A stretch of DNA of 63,135 nucleotides, counting the filler, from Reticulomyxa filosa (taxonomy: Eukaryota > Protista > Foraminifera), in the NCBI GenBank assembly GCA_000512085.1. It is 19 parts of 19 records of this genome, joined end to end, with 100 filler letters (N's around TTAATTAATTAA, not from the genome) between each part and the next. Parts side by side here need not be neighbours in the genome. Positions count along the whole stretch, not along the records: positions 42,164 to 53,848 come from ASPP01028159.1; positions 53,949 to 55,320 come from ASPP01022909.1; positions 55,421 to 56,700 come from ASPP01004479.1; positions 56,801 to 61,879 come from ASPP01013265.1; positions 61,980 to 63,135 come from ASPP01018580.1; 14 more parts are not named here. The stretch is one strand, 5' to 3'. The notes below the pieces were generated by a model. That model worked only from the letters and a program-made list of their open reading frames with translations, had not been told where the DNA came from and did not search any database. A program made the translations under genes and the position numbers. Shown here one piece after another: positions 51,175 through 63,135 of this stretch (position 1 is its first letter; the number at the start of each line of letters is the position of its first letter).

Positions 51175-51600
51175 TTAAAAAAATAGTTTACTTACTTTGT
51201 TTATCAATAAGTTTTTCTTCACAACTTCCTTCACCTTTTCCTGAATTTCGCTTATAATAGCAAGCAAATCGGTATCAGGTTTCCAGTTTTTATTGACTTT
51301 TTCATGGGTGATGGATCCAGTGTTCTTGTTTATCCACTGGATACCTCCAACTGGTGGTTTAAGTTTCAATTGTGGAGGAGTGTCTGGAAATAATGGCGGC
51401 AAAGTACTATATGCACAATACATGTTTACAAGCAAAAAAAACCAAAGGAGAAAATACTCAAAACATCTCCAATCGTAGTAATAACGATCTTCGATGCGAA
51501 ATGAAATTATAAATTTATCATTCTCATTACTTCGATAACCCGGATAGGCTTTGATCTTGCCAATGCAATTATATCGTCTGTCTGAACGACTACTAAGTCC
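51175..51600 (-). CDS. UEV/UBC-like fold protein (no catalytic Cys seen)
   Basis: LPPLFPDTPPQLKLKP..WINKNTGSI..NWKPDTDLLAIISEI follows the UBC/UEV pattern. Confidence 0.55.
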   Translation of the reverse strand, partial: GLSSRSDRRYNCIGKIKAYPGYRSNENDKFIISFRIEDRYYYDWRCFEYFLLWFFLLVNMYCAYSTLPPLFPDTPPQLKLKPPVGGIQWINKNTGSITHEKVNKNWKPDTDLLAIISEIQEKVKEVVKKNLLINKVSKLFF

Positions 51601-52233
51601 AAACACAACAAAGACATTGCTGCTCATTGTATACAAAAAAAAACATAATTTACCTCATGTCCAATAAACTTTGTCTTTTGAGCTCTCACTTTCTTTTTTA
51701 GCAGTTAACGTTGTTGCAGAAAAAGGGATGCACCAATACTGCGTTCGTAGGAGCATTTAAGATGCATTATCGGTTTCTTTGACTTATACTTTTTTTTATT
51801 TGTAGCCATTCAAAACGTTTAACTATTCCAAAGTAAATGGTCTGTTGTTCAAATTTAAAGCTATCATAATTAGTGATAGGTATTGTGAATGAATGATTTG
51901 TAGTACATCACACCCAGTCTAGTTAAATCATTTGTAAACATTTGTAATTGTTTTTATAAAAAATCAAATTATGTGGAAAAAAGACAAATAAAAGGATTCA
52001 AAATCATTACCTGAATACCGATTTTTCATTTTTAAAAGTTAAACGGTATGGCATTTTTCATATTTTTTTAAACTTCTATTAAAACAAAAGTTTTTTACAA
52101 GTGGAGTCGTATATTGTGAAAATATGGAGGTGATATTGAGATATTTCAAAAACAAACATTTGTTCATATTCAAAAATAGCACAAATTTATTTTAATTTCA
52201 TAATTGTTTGATTTTTAAGAGTAAAGTCATAAA

Positions 52234-53848
52234 TTAGTGTTTTGCTACAACTTGAAAAGTTTTCGTAGACAATTCATTTTGAATTGCTTTGTTGTTTTGA
52301 AATTTAACTGAAGCACAAAAAAATAGTTTTAAATCTCTTCTTTTCATCACATTTACCAACCTATCTAAATTGTTTTTATTATCAGCTCTCTTGGTTGCAA
52401 GGAGAAAAAAAGTACGTGTCTTCTTTTCTCTATGTATCTTCTTTTTTTTCCTCATCCTCTTTTCTTTTGTCCTCTTCAAACTCAAGACCAATTTTATGAA
52501 TTTCTCCCGTACTATCACCTTCAAAGTTAACTTGAGCAAACCCACGGTGACCTGTATCGGGATGTCTATACGACAATTGAACTCGATCATTTTTCAAAAT
52601 GATCGCGATTTCGAAAGTGACTTGTTCAGAAAAGGGGTTCTCAAAATACATTTCAAATTTTTTGAGTAATTGGCATTTGCTTTTGTCGTCACAATATTGT
52701 ACCCATGTTTATGTTCAGACTTATATAATTCAAATTCTACCGATTTTTGTTGTCGTGGAATAGTGTATTCTTCTTTGCGTTCCTTTTAATCAATTTATTA
52801 ATTTATTAATTTATTTATTTATTAAATATGAACAATTAAATAATAATATTTCACTCAACTTCTCCATTTTCAAACTTTTCATCTCGTCGAATAATCGTGT
52901 TAAAAAATCTTTTACGAATATATCCAGTGGGTGAATCAAAAGAACTAACTTTATGATCATCATCAGGATCTCCAGGATTCCACACTTGATCAACACACCA
53001 TCCCAATGTCAATGGTGCTCTGAGAGATGATAAACTTTTGTAGTTGATGGCCCATTTGACTGATCCAAGCACGACACTTTCATGAGGATTGGATGGTTGG
53101 TACATTTTTATTGATTTTTCTCGTTCACTGAGAAGTTTTTCTAATCTTGGAACAATGTAAGGACAATTTGAAAAACCTCCAGTTACTATCAACACTTTTG
53201 GTTTCACTCGCTCGTGATCCAAAAGTTTTGAGACAAAGTCACAAATGCTGTCTAATACTCGCTTATGCAGAAATAACCATGTCTCATAAGACAACTCCAA
53301 CATATTTCCATCCAGTTTTAGTTGACTAATTAACAAAAAAACAACAATAAAAAAAGCTGGAGTGTTGTTTTTTTTTTCTTCTTAACTTTAGTGTATCATT
53401 AATCTTGGAATATGTTTGAAATTTCTCTTCGACCGCATTAACACTTCCAATCGTCGACTTTAAGTGACTTTTAAATTTCGTCACCACTTTTACATTCCAC
53501 GAATCCTTGTCACGGAGCGTGTTCTTTGCACGCCAAAATTCGTTTCTTTGTTGGAGCCATGCTTGTGGATAACTTCATTTTATTTATTTTTTGGTGTTTG
53601 AACAAATAAAATAAAAAAGTGCAATTTTTGTTTAATTTGAAACTTTTCTTGAAAATCATGAATGACACTATCTCCAAAAATGTCTGAAAGCAAAGCCTCA
53701 AATGCTTGATCTACTGCTATGCCTCCAATTTTCAATCCATCTCGATGATGAGTTTCAGACATTATTCCATCTTCCAAAAATTTTAAACAAGCAGCATCAA
53801 TTGTACCTCCACCCATATCCAATAATACCACTTGATCACTATTTTCAT
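52234..53848 (-). CDS. Second, divergent HSPA12-like gene (partial, multi-exon)
   Basis: VLLDMGGGTIDAA, GGIAVDQAF, IVTGGFSNCPY and PHESVVLGSV. Confidence 0.8.
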
Positions 53849-54559
53849 NNNNNNNNNNNNNNNNNNNNNNNNNNNNNNNNNNNNNNNNNNNNTTAATTAA
53901 TTAANNNNNNNNNNNNNNNNNNNNNNNNNNNNNNNNNNNNNNNNNNNNTTTAATGTCTGAATACAGCAACTTCAACAAAAATTAAACCGAGCAATGGGAC
54001 AATTATCTAATGAATCGATTTGAAAGAAATAGTACGAGTCCGACCAATACAACTACCCCAAATGTCAACAGCAATGGTCCATTTTCAACAAATCAAAAAT
54101 TGTAAACAATGATTTTTCATTTTTGTGTGTTTTTTCTTTGTTTCTGAACAAATTGTTTACGTTCTTTTTCTCCATTTTGAATATGTTGATAATTGCAATG
54201 CATTCTCAAAATCATACATGTGAGATCTGAGTGTCCGTGTTTTTCAACAACTGCAATCTATTTGGTACAATCGACACAAAAACTATACAACATTTCGCAC
54301 AAAAAAATATTATTTTTTTTTTTTAAGATAGAGATACTGCAAACACAAAAAGTCCACACACACTCCAGACAACAAAGAAGGACTAGAGACAAAGGGACAT
54401 CTTCTTTTAAAAGGTCAATATCGTTGCAACAATAATAACAACGAACAACAACAAATTTAAAAAAAAGACAGCAGCAACAATGACAACTAACACAGGTATG
54501 ATTGCTGATTGTCTTTCTATAAAATCTGTTTTTTTTTAACATGCTCTTTAACAATACAA

Positions 54560-54840
54560 ACAGATAATAAAGAATTGGAGTTGGACTGGAGTGCTTTGAG
54601 CATCAGTTCAAAACCACAACAACCACAACGAACATCACTATCATCATCGCCACTAGCACGGCCAGTGAAGTCGCAGTCATTACAATCACCACCCCAACAG
54701 CAGCCACAACAACGACCACAATGGAAACAATACCAACGTCCACCCCAACAACAACAACCACTACCAGCACAACAACGGCAGACACAACAATGGACTCAAC
54801 CACCATGGCCACAGCAGCAGCCCGACCAGCAACAACAAAG
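54560..54840 (+). CDS. Gln/Pro-rich low-complexity exon of a hypothetical protein
   Basis: CAA/CCA/CAG-rich open frame between introns. Confidence 0.45.
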
Positions 54841-56956
54841 TATGTAAAAAAAAAAAGATTGGAGGGAGGTGTATTAATATTAGATATGTGTTTGTGTATG
54901 TCAAATCTATGCATGTATACGTACATATGCATAATTTTTTTTTTTTATGTAAATAAATGATCATTATTTTTTTTTAATTGCATATGAATCATATATATTT
55001 TTTGTGTGTGTATATGTATAAATATAATAATAATAGATTTTTTTCATGATGGTGCAGATGACAATGAGTGCAGCGACAGTGAGAACAACGACTATGAAAT
55101 AAAAATGAAAATGGGAATGGATATGATGGAAAAATTGCATAATTGGAACGAAGTTGCAGCAGTTGCTACAATCGCCATCGCAATCCCCGCCCACTCCAAT
55201 GACAATGATGCCAGTATCGTCTGTAAAAGGCGATACTGGCATAATTGTCGCACTAACTCCCCCCAAAGTTGGTGCAACGACAACAAGAGTTAGTATCGTT
55301 CAGAAACGATACTAACTCAGNNNNNNNNNNNNNNNNNNNNNNNNNNNNNNNNNNNNNNNNNNNNTTAATTAATTAANNNNNNNNNNNNNNNNNNNNNNNN
55401 NNNNNNNNNNNNNNNNNNNNAAAGCGCATAAGACTGTGTGAAATATGAATTGATTTTGCCACTATTCTTAGCAAAAAAGACATCGAGTAGGAGTATATGA
55501 TAAAAAGAATACGTATAACAGAAAGAAACAAGAAGATGATAAAGACAATGGCGAGAAAGAAAAGAGCTTTTTGTGTCATAATTAATATAAGAGAACACGT
55601 GTTTTTCTCAATGCTGGCTTTTTTCATTTCCTTCAAAGATTTCACTGCGATGATGTTGTTCAAGTTAGTTTGAAAAAAAAAAAGCAAAAGTGTTTTGGAA
55701 AACAATTGAAAAAGTGATAAAGCAATAAAAGAAAAACATTAAAAGATTTAACATCACTTTTGTATGTCGTAGCCCAGGTGTTTGTGGTGACATGGGCTTA
55801 TATTCACTATATAAATGTTTTTTTTAAAATATTCATAAAATTTGGGACCTCCAATGCAAGTTTCAGTTCACGTTTTGAAGGTGTTGCCACAAGCCCGAAC
55901 AGCCTCAGTAATGGTGGACGTACATATTAGTTTCAACTTTCTAGCGTCACTTCAAGCTCAAAGGGTTTATCTTGCTGTGCATGGCGTTTCTCAAGAAAGT
56001 GGCTTGTCTGCTGTTCCACACCGATGAATGACACTACTGCTATTTTTCTGCAGTTCGTTCCATGACTCCGGCGTAAGACATGCCTTAAAAATCCCATATG
56101 TGCGATATTCATCTGATCGGCAATACAAGCACAGCGCCGAAATCGATTGTGTGTGGAATTCAAATACACCAGGGTCTTTACTTGCACGAAAAAGTTTTCC
56201 GCGAATTTCCAGCTCAGCAAAAAAATTTTTGCAATTGGGTGCGAATTATGACACCACAACAACAGTGTTCATTATTTTTGCCTGTTTTTTTTTTTTAATC
56301 TATTATTAATTTTTTTTTATAAAAAAAAATTTATAGTTGAACCGTCTCTGGTTCAAAAAAAGGGGGGAATTTATTTTTTTTGACGTTTCAAAACTTGTGG
56401 TGGGAACCCTTGTTCGGCGACCCATCAGAACACACGATATTGATATCCGCTGTATAAACCATCACCGACGTGGCAGTATCCAAACAAATGGATGCGATGT
56501 TGTGATGTGTAAGTTTGAAATACTGAAGCGACGATAAAGTGTTATGTGACGGCAATCCGCCGTTTTCGCAACATACAACAAATGACTCCTTTTCAACAAC
56601 AATCATCCAATACTGGAAGATTGTCTGTCATATCGCATATGTAAAACGTCTCATGATGATTCAAATAGTCCAAATTCTCCTTATCTATCGTTACCTCACG
56701 NNNNNNNNNNNNNNNNNNNNNNNNNNNNNNNNNNNNNNNNNNNNTTAATTAATTAANNNNNNNNNNNNNNNNNNNNNNNNNNNNNNNNNNNNNNNNNNNN
56801 TTTTTTTTTTTTTTTTTTTTTGGAGGAGGGCAGGAGGGGAGTTATATTTATCAATACAAATATGCCATATTTCATTGCGAACAGCATATGTCACCAATTT
56901 GTTTTGCACTTATATGTATGTATGCATGTATGTGTATGTGTGATGAAAATGATCAG

Positions 56957-58880
56957 CGGAAGGACCTTTTGGCATTCGAAATGAAGAAGCGACAGTGTTA
57001 GCATTGGGCACGTATGTGACGACAGGCTTTATAATAATGACGTTTGTGGATGGGTCGTATGAGAACACGATGGTACATCGTTGGTTGCGGTGGGTGTACT
57101 ATTTGCTGATGATGATTGGGGCCACCATTGTGTACACGGTGCTCGTGATGAACAGCGTGCACCTCATCAAGTCGCAGAAAATGCCTCTGCCCAAGATACC
57201 CAACGAAGACGAGATCGAGCAACACTTGAGCGAACAAAGGTCGATACTAAAGCGCTCGCACAACACAAACGCACCTGCTCAGTTCATTGGACTCACACTT
57301 GCCACGACACAAATCAACCCCAACCCCATCCCTTCCACTGTGCTGCCAGTTTCCAACGTGGCCACGACACAGAATCCAATGGAAAGAGTTACTTCCAATT
57401 CGAGTGCACTCTCTCCCCAACCAAACCAAGTCACAAACTATGGGATCACTATCATTCCACAGTCTCTTATTTCAGATACAATTACCACGAATCTGATCAA
57501 TACTGTTTTGTTCTTTGAATTATTATACATATATATATATATATATATATACATATATACATATATACACATATGTATATGTATACGTCGGTAATATGAA
57601 TGTGCAAAATATGCAAAGGCTCCGCAACCATCGCAAGAGGAAAGAGTAAGTGCATATCGACGATCGGTGGTCGACGAAGTCAAAGCGACAGCAACGCGCG
57701 ACAACAGTGCAACAGCAAACCCTACCGAAAAGATAGAAACGCAAGCGTTTCTTGCAGAAGCATGGGAAGAAGATGAGCTGGACGGCATTGCCGAAGACAA
57801 AGACAAAGAAAAAGAAAAAAAAAAAAAAGACAAGGACAAAAAAAAAAAGAAGAAAAAAGTCCAAGGTGAGAATGCAAAAAAAGAAAAGGAAGAAGAAGAA
57901 GAAGAGGATGAAGAAGAAGAAGAAGAAGAAGAAGATCAAGGAAGCTCGAGCAGTAGTAAAAAAGGACATGGAGTTACATTTACCACTCCAGACTTGCCTG
58001 TCCATGAATCTACATTACATATTGCAGTCACGCAACAAAAGCTCGAAGAGGAACATGAGAGTGACCAATCTCAAAACGAGGGAGGAACTCCCGTGGACAA
58101 CGCAAAAGGCAAACAGAGTTCAAACAAGAAGAAAAAGAAGAGCAGGGTCCTCTCGTCGATATTGCGACAATGTCCAATTTTCCCATTATTCTTCCTGTTC
58201 TCACTATCGAGAGTCCAAACAATAACAATAACAATAATGCACAAGAATATAAAAATGCTGATGAACATAAAGATGGAGCACCACTATTGCTAAGTTTGGA
58301 CCAATTAACCCAAGCAATGGACGAACAAGACGTCGATTTTATGACTCCGGACTTGCTGCGGATATTAAGTCGGGCAGAGTATATCAAGGTGTTTTATGAA
58401 TGGCTATTGTGGGAACATAGCTTGGAAAATTTGCTGTTTTTGGTAGACGTGATGCAATTCAAACAGGCTGTCGCTTCTACCCTCGTTCACTCAACGAAAA
58501 TCCCTGGGTGGCGCATGACCTTTCCTTCCAATGCAATTCCTTCTGAATCTATCATTTTGAATACCTGCACCAATATCTATGATCGCATGCAGCTTTTATA
58601 TGAGATATATATCCCAACCAGATCTCAATTGGAACTCAATCTCTTGCCAAGGTCACAAGTCTTTTTGAATTGGAAGTTCAATGGCGGAGGGTTTTCCAGA
58701 AATTTACCCCCTGAACAATGCATCACTTGGTTTGATAATGTGGCCAAGGAAGTCTCACAATTATTGCTTCATTCCTTAGATCGTTTTGTTTGTTCTCAGG
58801 TATTTATGCTTTTTATTTTTTTATTTTTTTTTTTGCTATCTCATTTATTTAACCTTTTTTTTTTTAAACATAGGAATATA
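56957..58880 (+). CDS. Transmembrane RGS protein (7TM-RGS-like), 3' part
   Basis: The last TM helices follow PFGIRNE. A long charged linker leads to the RGS motifs FYEWLLWEHSLENLLFLVDVMQFK, YEIYIPTRSQLELNL and FDNVAKEVSQLLLHSLDRF. Confidence 0.88.
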
Positions 58881-59759
58881 AAACGATGCTTTGCAAAGGA
58901 CCTGCAACTGCGACCACGACACTTGCGGCTTCATCGCCACCAAATGCAAATATATTTTCTCAATTCTCTTCGGGGAATTATTAATCTTCTCATTTTTTTC
59001 TTTTTTAACATAGTTTGTGAATAATAAAGAAACAAACTGCTTATGTAAAAACAAAGCCAAAAAAAAGTAAACATTAAAAACTTGTAAATAGACTTTTTGT
59101 TTTGTTTTGCTGTGGTTGGTCAGTGCAGTTTAGAAAGGAGGTTGGAATTACACGTTGCAAAAAAATTCTTATTCCACTTTTCACTATTTGCGGCACACTA
59201 TTGACAATCTTAATAACAATTAAGTCGATCAACAAATGCTTAAAAAACAAACTGTTACTGTCAATAACTGAAATCTTTTCACGAAATTCCGAACTATGTT
59301 AAAAATTGAACACTTTTTGATTTTTATCGAAAAGCTTCAATTATTTATAGTAATTGAGTGCATGTATTTACACAGACAGATTTGATACTAATGAAAAGAT
59401 TTTTTAAAGAATTGAAAAATTAAATTTAAAGTACTGTAGGGCAAGCACTTATCACACATAGTTGAACTTGTATGGAACTGAGGAGCTCCCTTTGGTTAAA
59501 CTTCTTCAGTTTACTACTTCTTACTTCCTTGTCTTTTCTTACTTTCCTTTTGTCATTAATTCTCTTTAATTTACTTTCCTTTTATTGACATTGTTCTTTT
59601 GGAACTAAGTTCCTTTCGTATTACATTTAGTGCAGATTCTCCACCGTAGACTCACCACAGTACTAAGTCCAACATTAAATTATGTTGTTGTTATTGTATT
59701 TACTTATTTATTTCTTAATTTACTTTCTATTATACTTAATATTTAACTTTATTATCTTT

Positions 59760-60179
59760 TCTTTTTTGGCTGACAGCATATATATTATTTTTTTTTTCTA
59801 ATTTCTTGTTACTTGCTTTCATCAAATACTTTTCTTTATCTTTTCTTAAATTTAATTTTACGTTCTGCTTCTTTATCACTAATGTTCATATTATAGTAAC
59901 TTTCAAATGGTTCTCTTAGTTTAATTCTTTCTTTCTAAATAAGAATTTTATCAAGATTGTCGATATCATTTGGATCTTTACTTTTTTCACATTCTATTGG
60001 ACAGTGTCTTTGCTCAATACTATATTTTTCTTCTTATGGTTTGTACTCCACATCTTCTTATTGTATTGTAATATTATAATCTATATCTATTTTCTTATAC
60101 GTATACTTTTTGGCTTCTAAAGCTGCGCGCACTTTTTTGAACCAAAAAACTTTTTTTGTAGTAGCTTTTTTTCATCCAT
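59760..60179 (-). pseudogene. Heavily decayed Lys/Glu-rich ORF of unknown origin (possibly a TE relic)
   Basis: MDEKKLLQKKVFWFKKVRAALEAKKY..Q*EDVG..I*Y* reads as coding but has many stops. Confidence 0.35.
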
Positions 60180-61091
60180 GTCTAACTAAATTTATTCAGA
60201 TTGACAGTTTTTGTCGACTAGTCTACTTATAAACTTTTATTTAGATTGACTCAGTCTATATGTATTCTAACTGTTATACTCTTAATATATGTTATGTAGG
60301 AGAAACTAGTTTTCTCTGTGTATCGCTTTCGTCCTACTCTGAAGTCAAAGCTCATTAAACTAGTTTAAAAATGATAAAACGTAGTAAACAAACTAAATAC
60401 CAAAACTTATTCTTTTACACTTTGCAAACTTCTTTTTTGTAGACTTAACTAATGGTCTGTAAAACTAAAACGTAATTTGTGCTAAAACGTATATTTTTTG
60501 TACTTACTGTAAAACGTACTTAAAGTTAAAACGAAACTTAAAAAACTGAAACAAGAAACAATAGTTTTTCTTTTTAAAATTTTTGCCTTTAGCCATTTTA
60601 ACTTTTGAACTTTTTAGAGATAAAAATATGTTTTTATTATTAAAATTTTGCTATAATGCGTATAGTTAGTATTTTATTTCTTTTCATGTTACTAGATACT
60701 TTTTGAAAAATTATCACATATACCACTATATTCCTTTTTTTTTTGACTAAATTGATAATATTCGATATGTCAATAAATTAAAAATATTTTTTTTATTTCT
60801 TTTTTTTAAAGATCAAATGCGAAAAATGACATAGCGCTTAAAAACAAAGCAAAATTAGCTATAAAAAAAAACCAAACTCACACTAACAAAATCATAATTT
60901 AATTGATAAAATAAATAATTATTAATTAACAAATAAAATATCAAACGTTGATCATTGTTTTGGTTGCCACAATATATGATGGTATATTATGTTATCTTCA
61001 TATTGCATTGGCAAACCATTGACCACATTTGCTTCCTAAGTCAGAAAAATCTTATAAAAATTTTTGAAAAAAAATTATTTAAATTAAAAAA

Positions 61092-61200
61092 TACAGTAAG
61101 ATAAAAAAGAAAGTTGACACCTAAAATGCCACCTTATAGAGATGACTGTGTTTCTCCATGAAAAAACAACATTTAACCAAAATTTTTTTATTTAAAAAAG
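61092..61200 (+). mobile_element. Diverged left end of the same Tc1/mariner-like element
   Basis: TA-CAGTAAGATAAAAAAGAAAGTTGACACCTAAAATGCCACCTTATAGAGATGA aligns without large gaps to 32522-32630. Confidence 0.6.
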
Positions 61201-61678
61201 TTATTATTATTTTTGTTTTGTAAAAAAAGTTAATGGATGAAACTTTGTTGAATAGATTCAAAGAAAATGCACAAACTGAAAGCAATGAAGGAAAATGAAT
61301 GCATTGCGTGATTATTTTAATTGCATGTTTTATTGAAAAAAAAAAAATTTAATAACAGACTGAATATGTGATAATGAACAAAATTTAAAAAATTAACAAA
61401 TAAGTTTTTTCGACAATTCAGGAAAGTTTGCGATAAAACAGCTCAAATAAAAAAAAATATGCAAAAAATAAAATTAAATAACTCAAAAAAAGTATGCAAT
61501 GTTTTGTTTTGATATTAAAAAAAAAAAAAAATCTTCTATGAAGAAATATTAAAAAATAATCTATCAAACAAAATAAAAAACTAAATATAAAGGGAACAAC
61601 ATAAAAAAAAGGAAATTTGGGTATGTTAAAAATATTAAATAAAGTCCTTACAAAAGGAAATAAAATGCATTCAAATTT

Positions 61679-61795
61679 AAAAAAAAAGCAAAGGAAGGGA
61701 AAAGCGAAAAAGAAAGAATCAAATCAGGCGGCGCCTTCAGGCGCCGCCCGAACTGATACTTTCTTTTTGCTTTTGTCTTCCTTTGCTTTTTTTTT
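61679..61795. repeat. 117-bp imperfect palindrome with a GC-rich apex
   Basis: Arms of about 56 bp with 6 substitutions and 1 indel. Apex GGCGGCGCC-TTCA-GGCGCCGCC. Confidence 0.85.
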
Positions 61796-62033
61796 GCTTT
61801 CCGAGTTCAACAAAAGTGTGTTTTTGGTGTATCTTTTGAAATCTCAACTGTATCGAGTAAAAGTTGATTCTACGTATGGNNNNNNNNNNNNNNNNNNNNN
61901 NNNNNNNNNNNNNNNNNNNNNNNTTAATTAATTAANNNNNNNNNNNNNNNNNNNNNNNNNNNNNNNNNNNNNNNNNNNNTTATAAAGATGTTTTATGTTA
62001 AATATGTACACATACAAAAAAAAACTTTTTCAA

Positions 62034-63120
62034 GCAATGGATTACAGCGTCAGGTAGCAGGAAAGAGGACAGGCGCACAAATTACCAAGAAAATACCTTG
62101 ATTTTTTGTGTTGGAATGAGCGCGTTAATTTCAACGATAATGCCTCCATCAAGTATGAACAATTGAACTACTTGAAGAAAGATATTATCATTGAAATGCC
62201 CTTCCCCAAGAGCTACTATTTCTTTGAGTGGCGGTCTTGTCAATGGCAGACCATTCCACTTTTTGAATTTGAGTGATTCGGTTTTTGGTAACCGAAAAAC
62301 TCATTCGTATCCACAGCTACAACTTCTTTGAGATGAGAAATGAGAGATGAGAGAGTACAGGGGGGCTCGATTGCTGCATAAAATATTGCCCACGTATTCA
62401 CTCAACAGGGCCCAGCGCCACCAACACATTACCAATATCCAAGGTTTTATTTTCATTGATTAAAAATAATGGAGCGACTTTTGAATTGTCGATCCAATTA
62501 TTGATTGGTACGCACGACCTTGTTGTTTTTGTAATAAACGGCGCAACAATATTAGTCTCCTCCGCGCACACCAACAGCAACACCCAAGTGTCGACGCACA
62601 AAACACCAGTCCAATATCTTGAAATAATTGACAAATGAATAGAGTAGAACATGGACTGCGTTTCGTGGTCGTCGTCATCATTATCATCGTCGTTGCGCTT
62701 GACATTGCCACACACCGTCCAGCAGTTTCCATTGGGGGAGGGGGGGGGGGCGCACTATGTGAAATTATTAAGGATGCGCAAAGTCGCCACTTGTGTGTGC
62801 GTGAAGAGCTATATCCAAGGTAATATCGGCAAATGATCTTTTTCCTTTTTAAAACAAATCCAACGATAGTTATGGCTTTGGAATAATTTTTTTCTTCTTC
62901 TTTATGATCGTCTCCATCTTCTTGTTCGCTGATGACCTTTGGCTTGAGTATCGCAAAACTAATCCACCAAATTGGAGCCACAACAACATCAGGCGAATGG
63001 TTCCATGTGAGAGGGGCTTATTCGATCGCAATAATGTGATTGTTTCGCATTCTCTTTTTCTTTTTCCATTTCTTCGATTAATTTCAGTCGCTGCTGCTGT
63101 GATGATACCATAACGTCGAT
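62034..63120 (-). CDS. Hypothetical multi-exon protein fragment
   Basis: Coding-like segments at about 62080-62330, 62400-62620 and 62880-63120. No family recognised. Confidence 0.35.
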
Positions 63121-63135
63121 ATTTTTTTTTTTTTT

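Noticed and set aside
55421-56700. Possible decayed gene (fragments on the + strand)
   Set aside because: Several stops and frame changes and no family motif I can support.
57438-58225. Poly-Phe and poly-Lys ORFs on alternative frames and strands
   Set aside because: They are shadows of the GAA/AAA-rich linker of the RGS gene.
2342-61979. Regularly recurring TTAATTAATTAA flanked by Ns as a repeat or CRISPR-like array
   Set aside because: It is an artificial six-frame-stop linker between contigs. ORFs ending in X..LIN are artefacts of it.

Overview
This window is not contiguous DNA. It is 19 short contigs joined by 18 artificial 100-nt spacers (N44-TTAATTAATTAA-N44), so adjacency across spacers means nothing. 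The sequence is AT-rich, eukaryotic and intron-containing, and uses the standard code. The gene-family mix (expanded WD40, Kelch, HSPA12, 7TM-RGS, many decayed copies, microsatellite-rich introns) suggests a foraminiferan such as Reticulomyxa filosa; this is an inference. Recognisable genes: PSMB3, serine dehydratase, TTC5, EAPP, an RNB/DIS3L2-like nuclease, RBBP4, two HSPA12-like genes, CRAL-TRIO, CTL/SLC44, a multicopper oxidase, ABHD14, vWA, FYVE, PH, Kelch and TM-RGS proteins, plus a truncated RT-RNase H LINE and three ends of a Tc1/mariner-like element. Two items stand out. (1) A ~326-nt GC-rich tRNA-framed RNA at 17527-17852 has Pol III boxes and a G3:U70 pair, and its anticodon loop is replaced by a ~260-nt almost fully base-paired multi-helix domain, a tmRNA-like architecture in a eukaryotic contig. 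(2) An NLR-like STAND gene at 10176-12452 fuses CUE/UBA-like, Zn-binding, RelA/SpoT-like nucleotidyltransferase and NACHT domains. All calls come from motif reading by eye; no searches were run.
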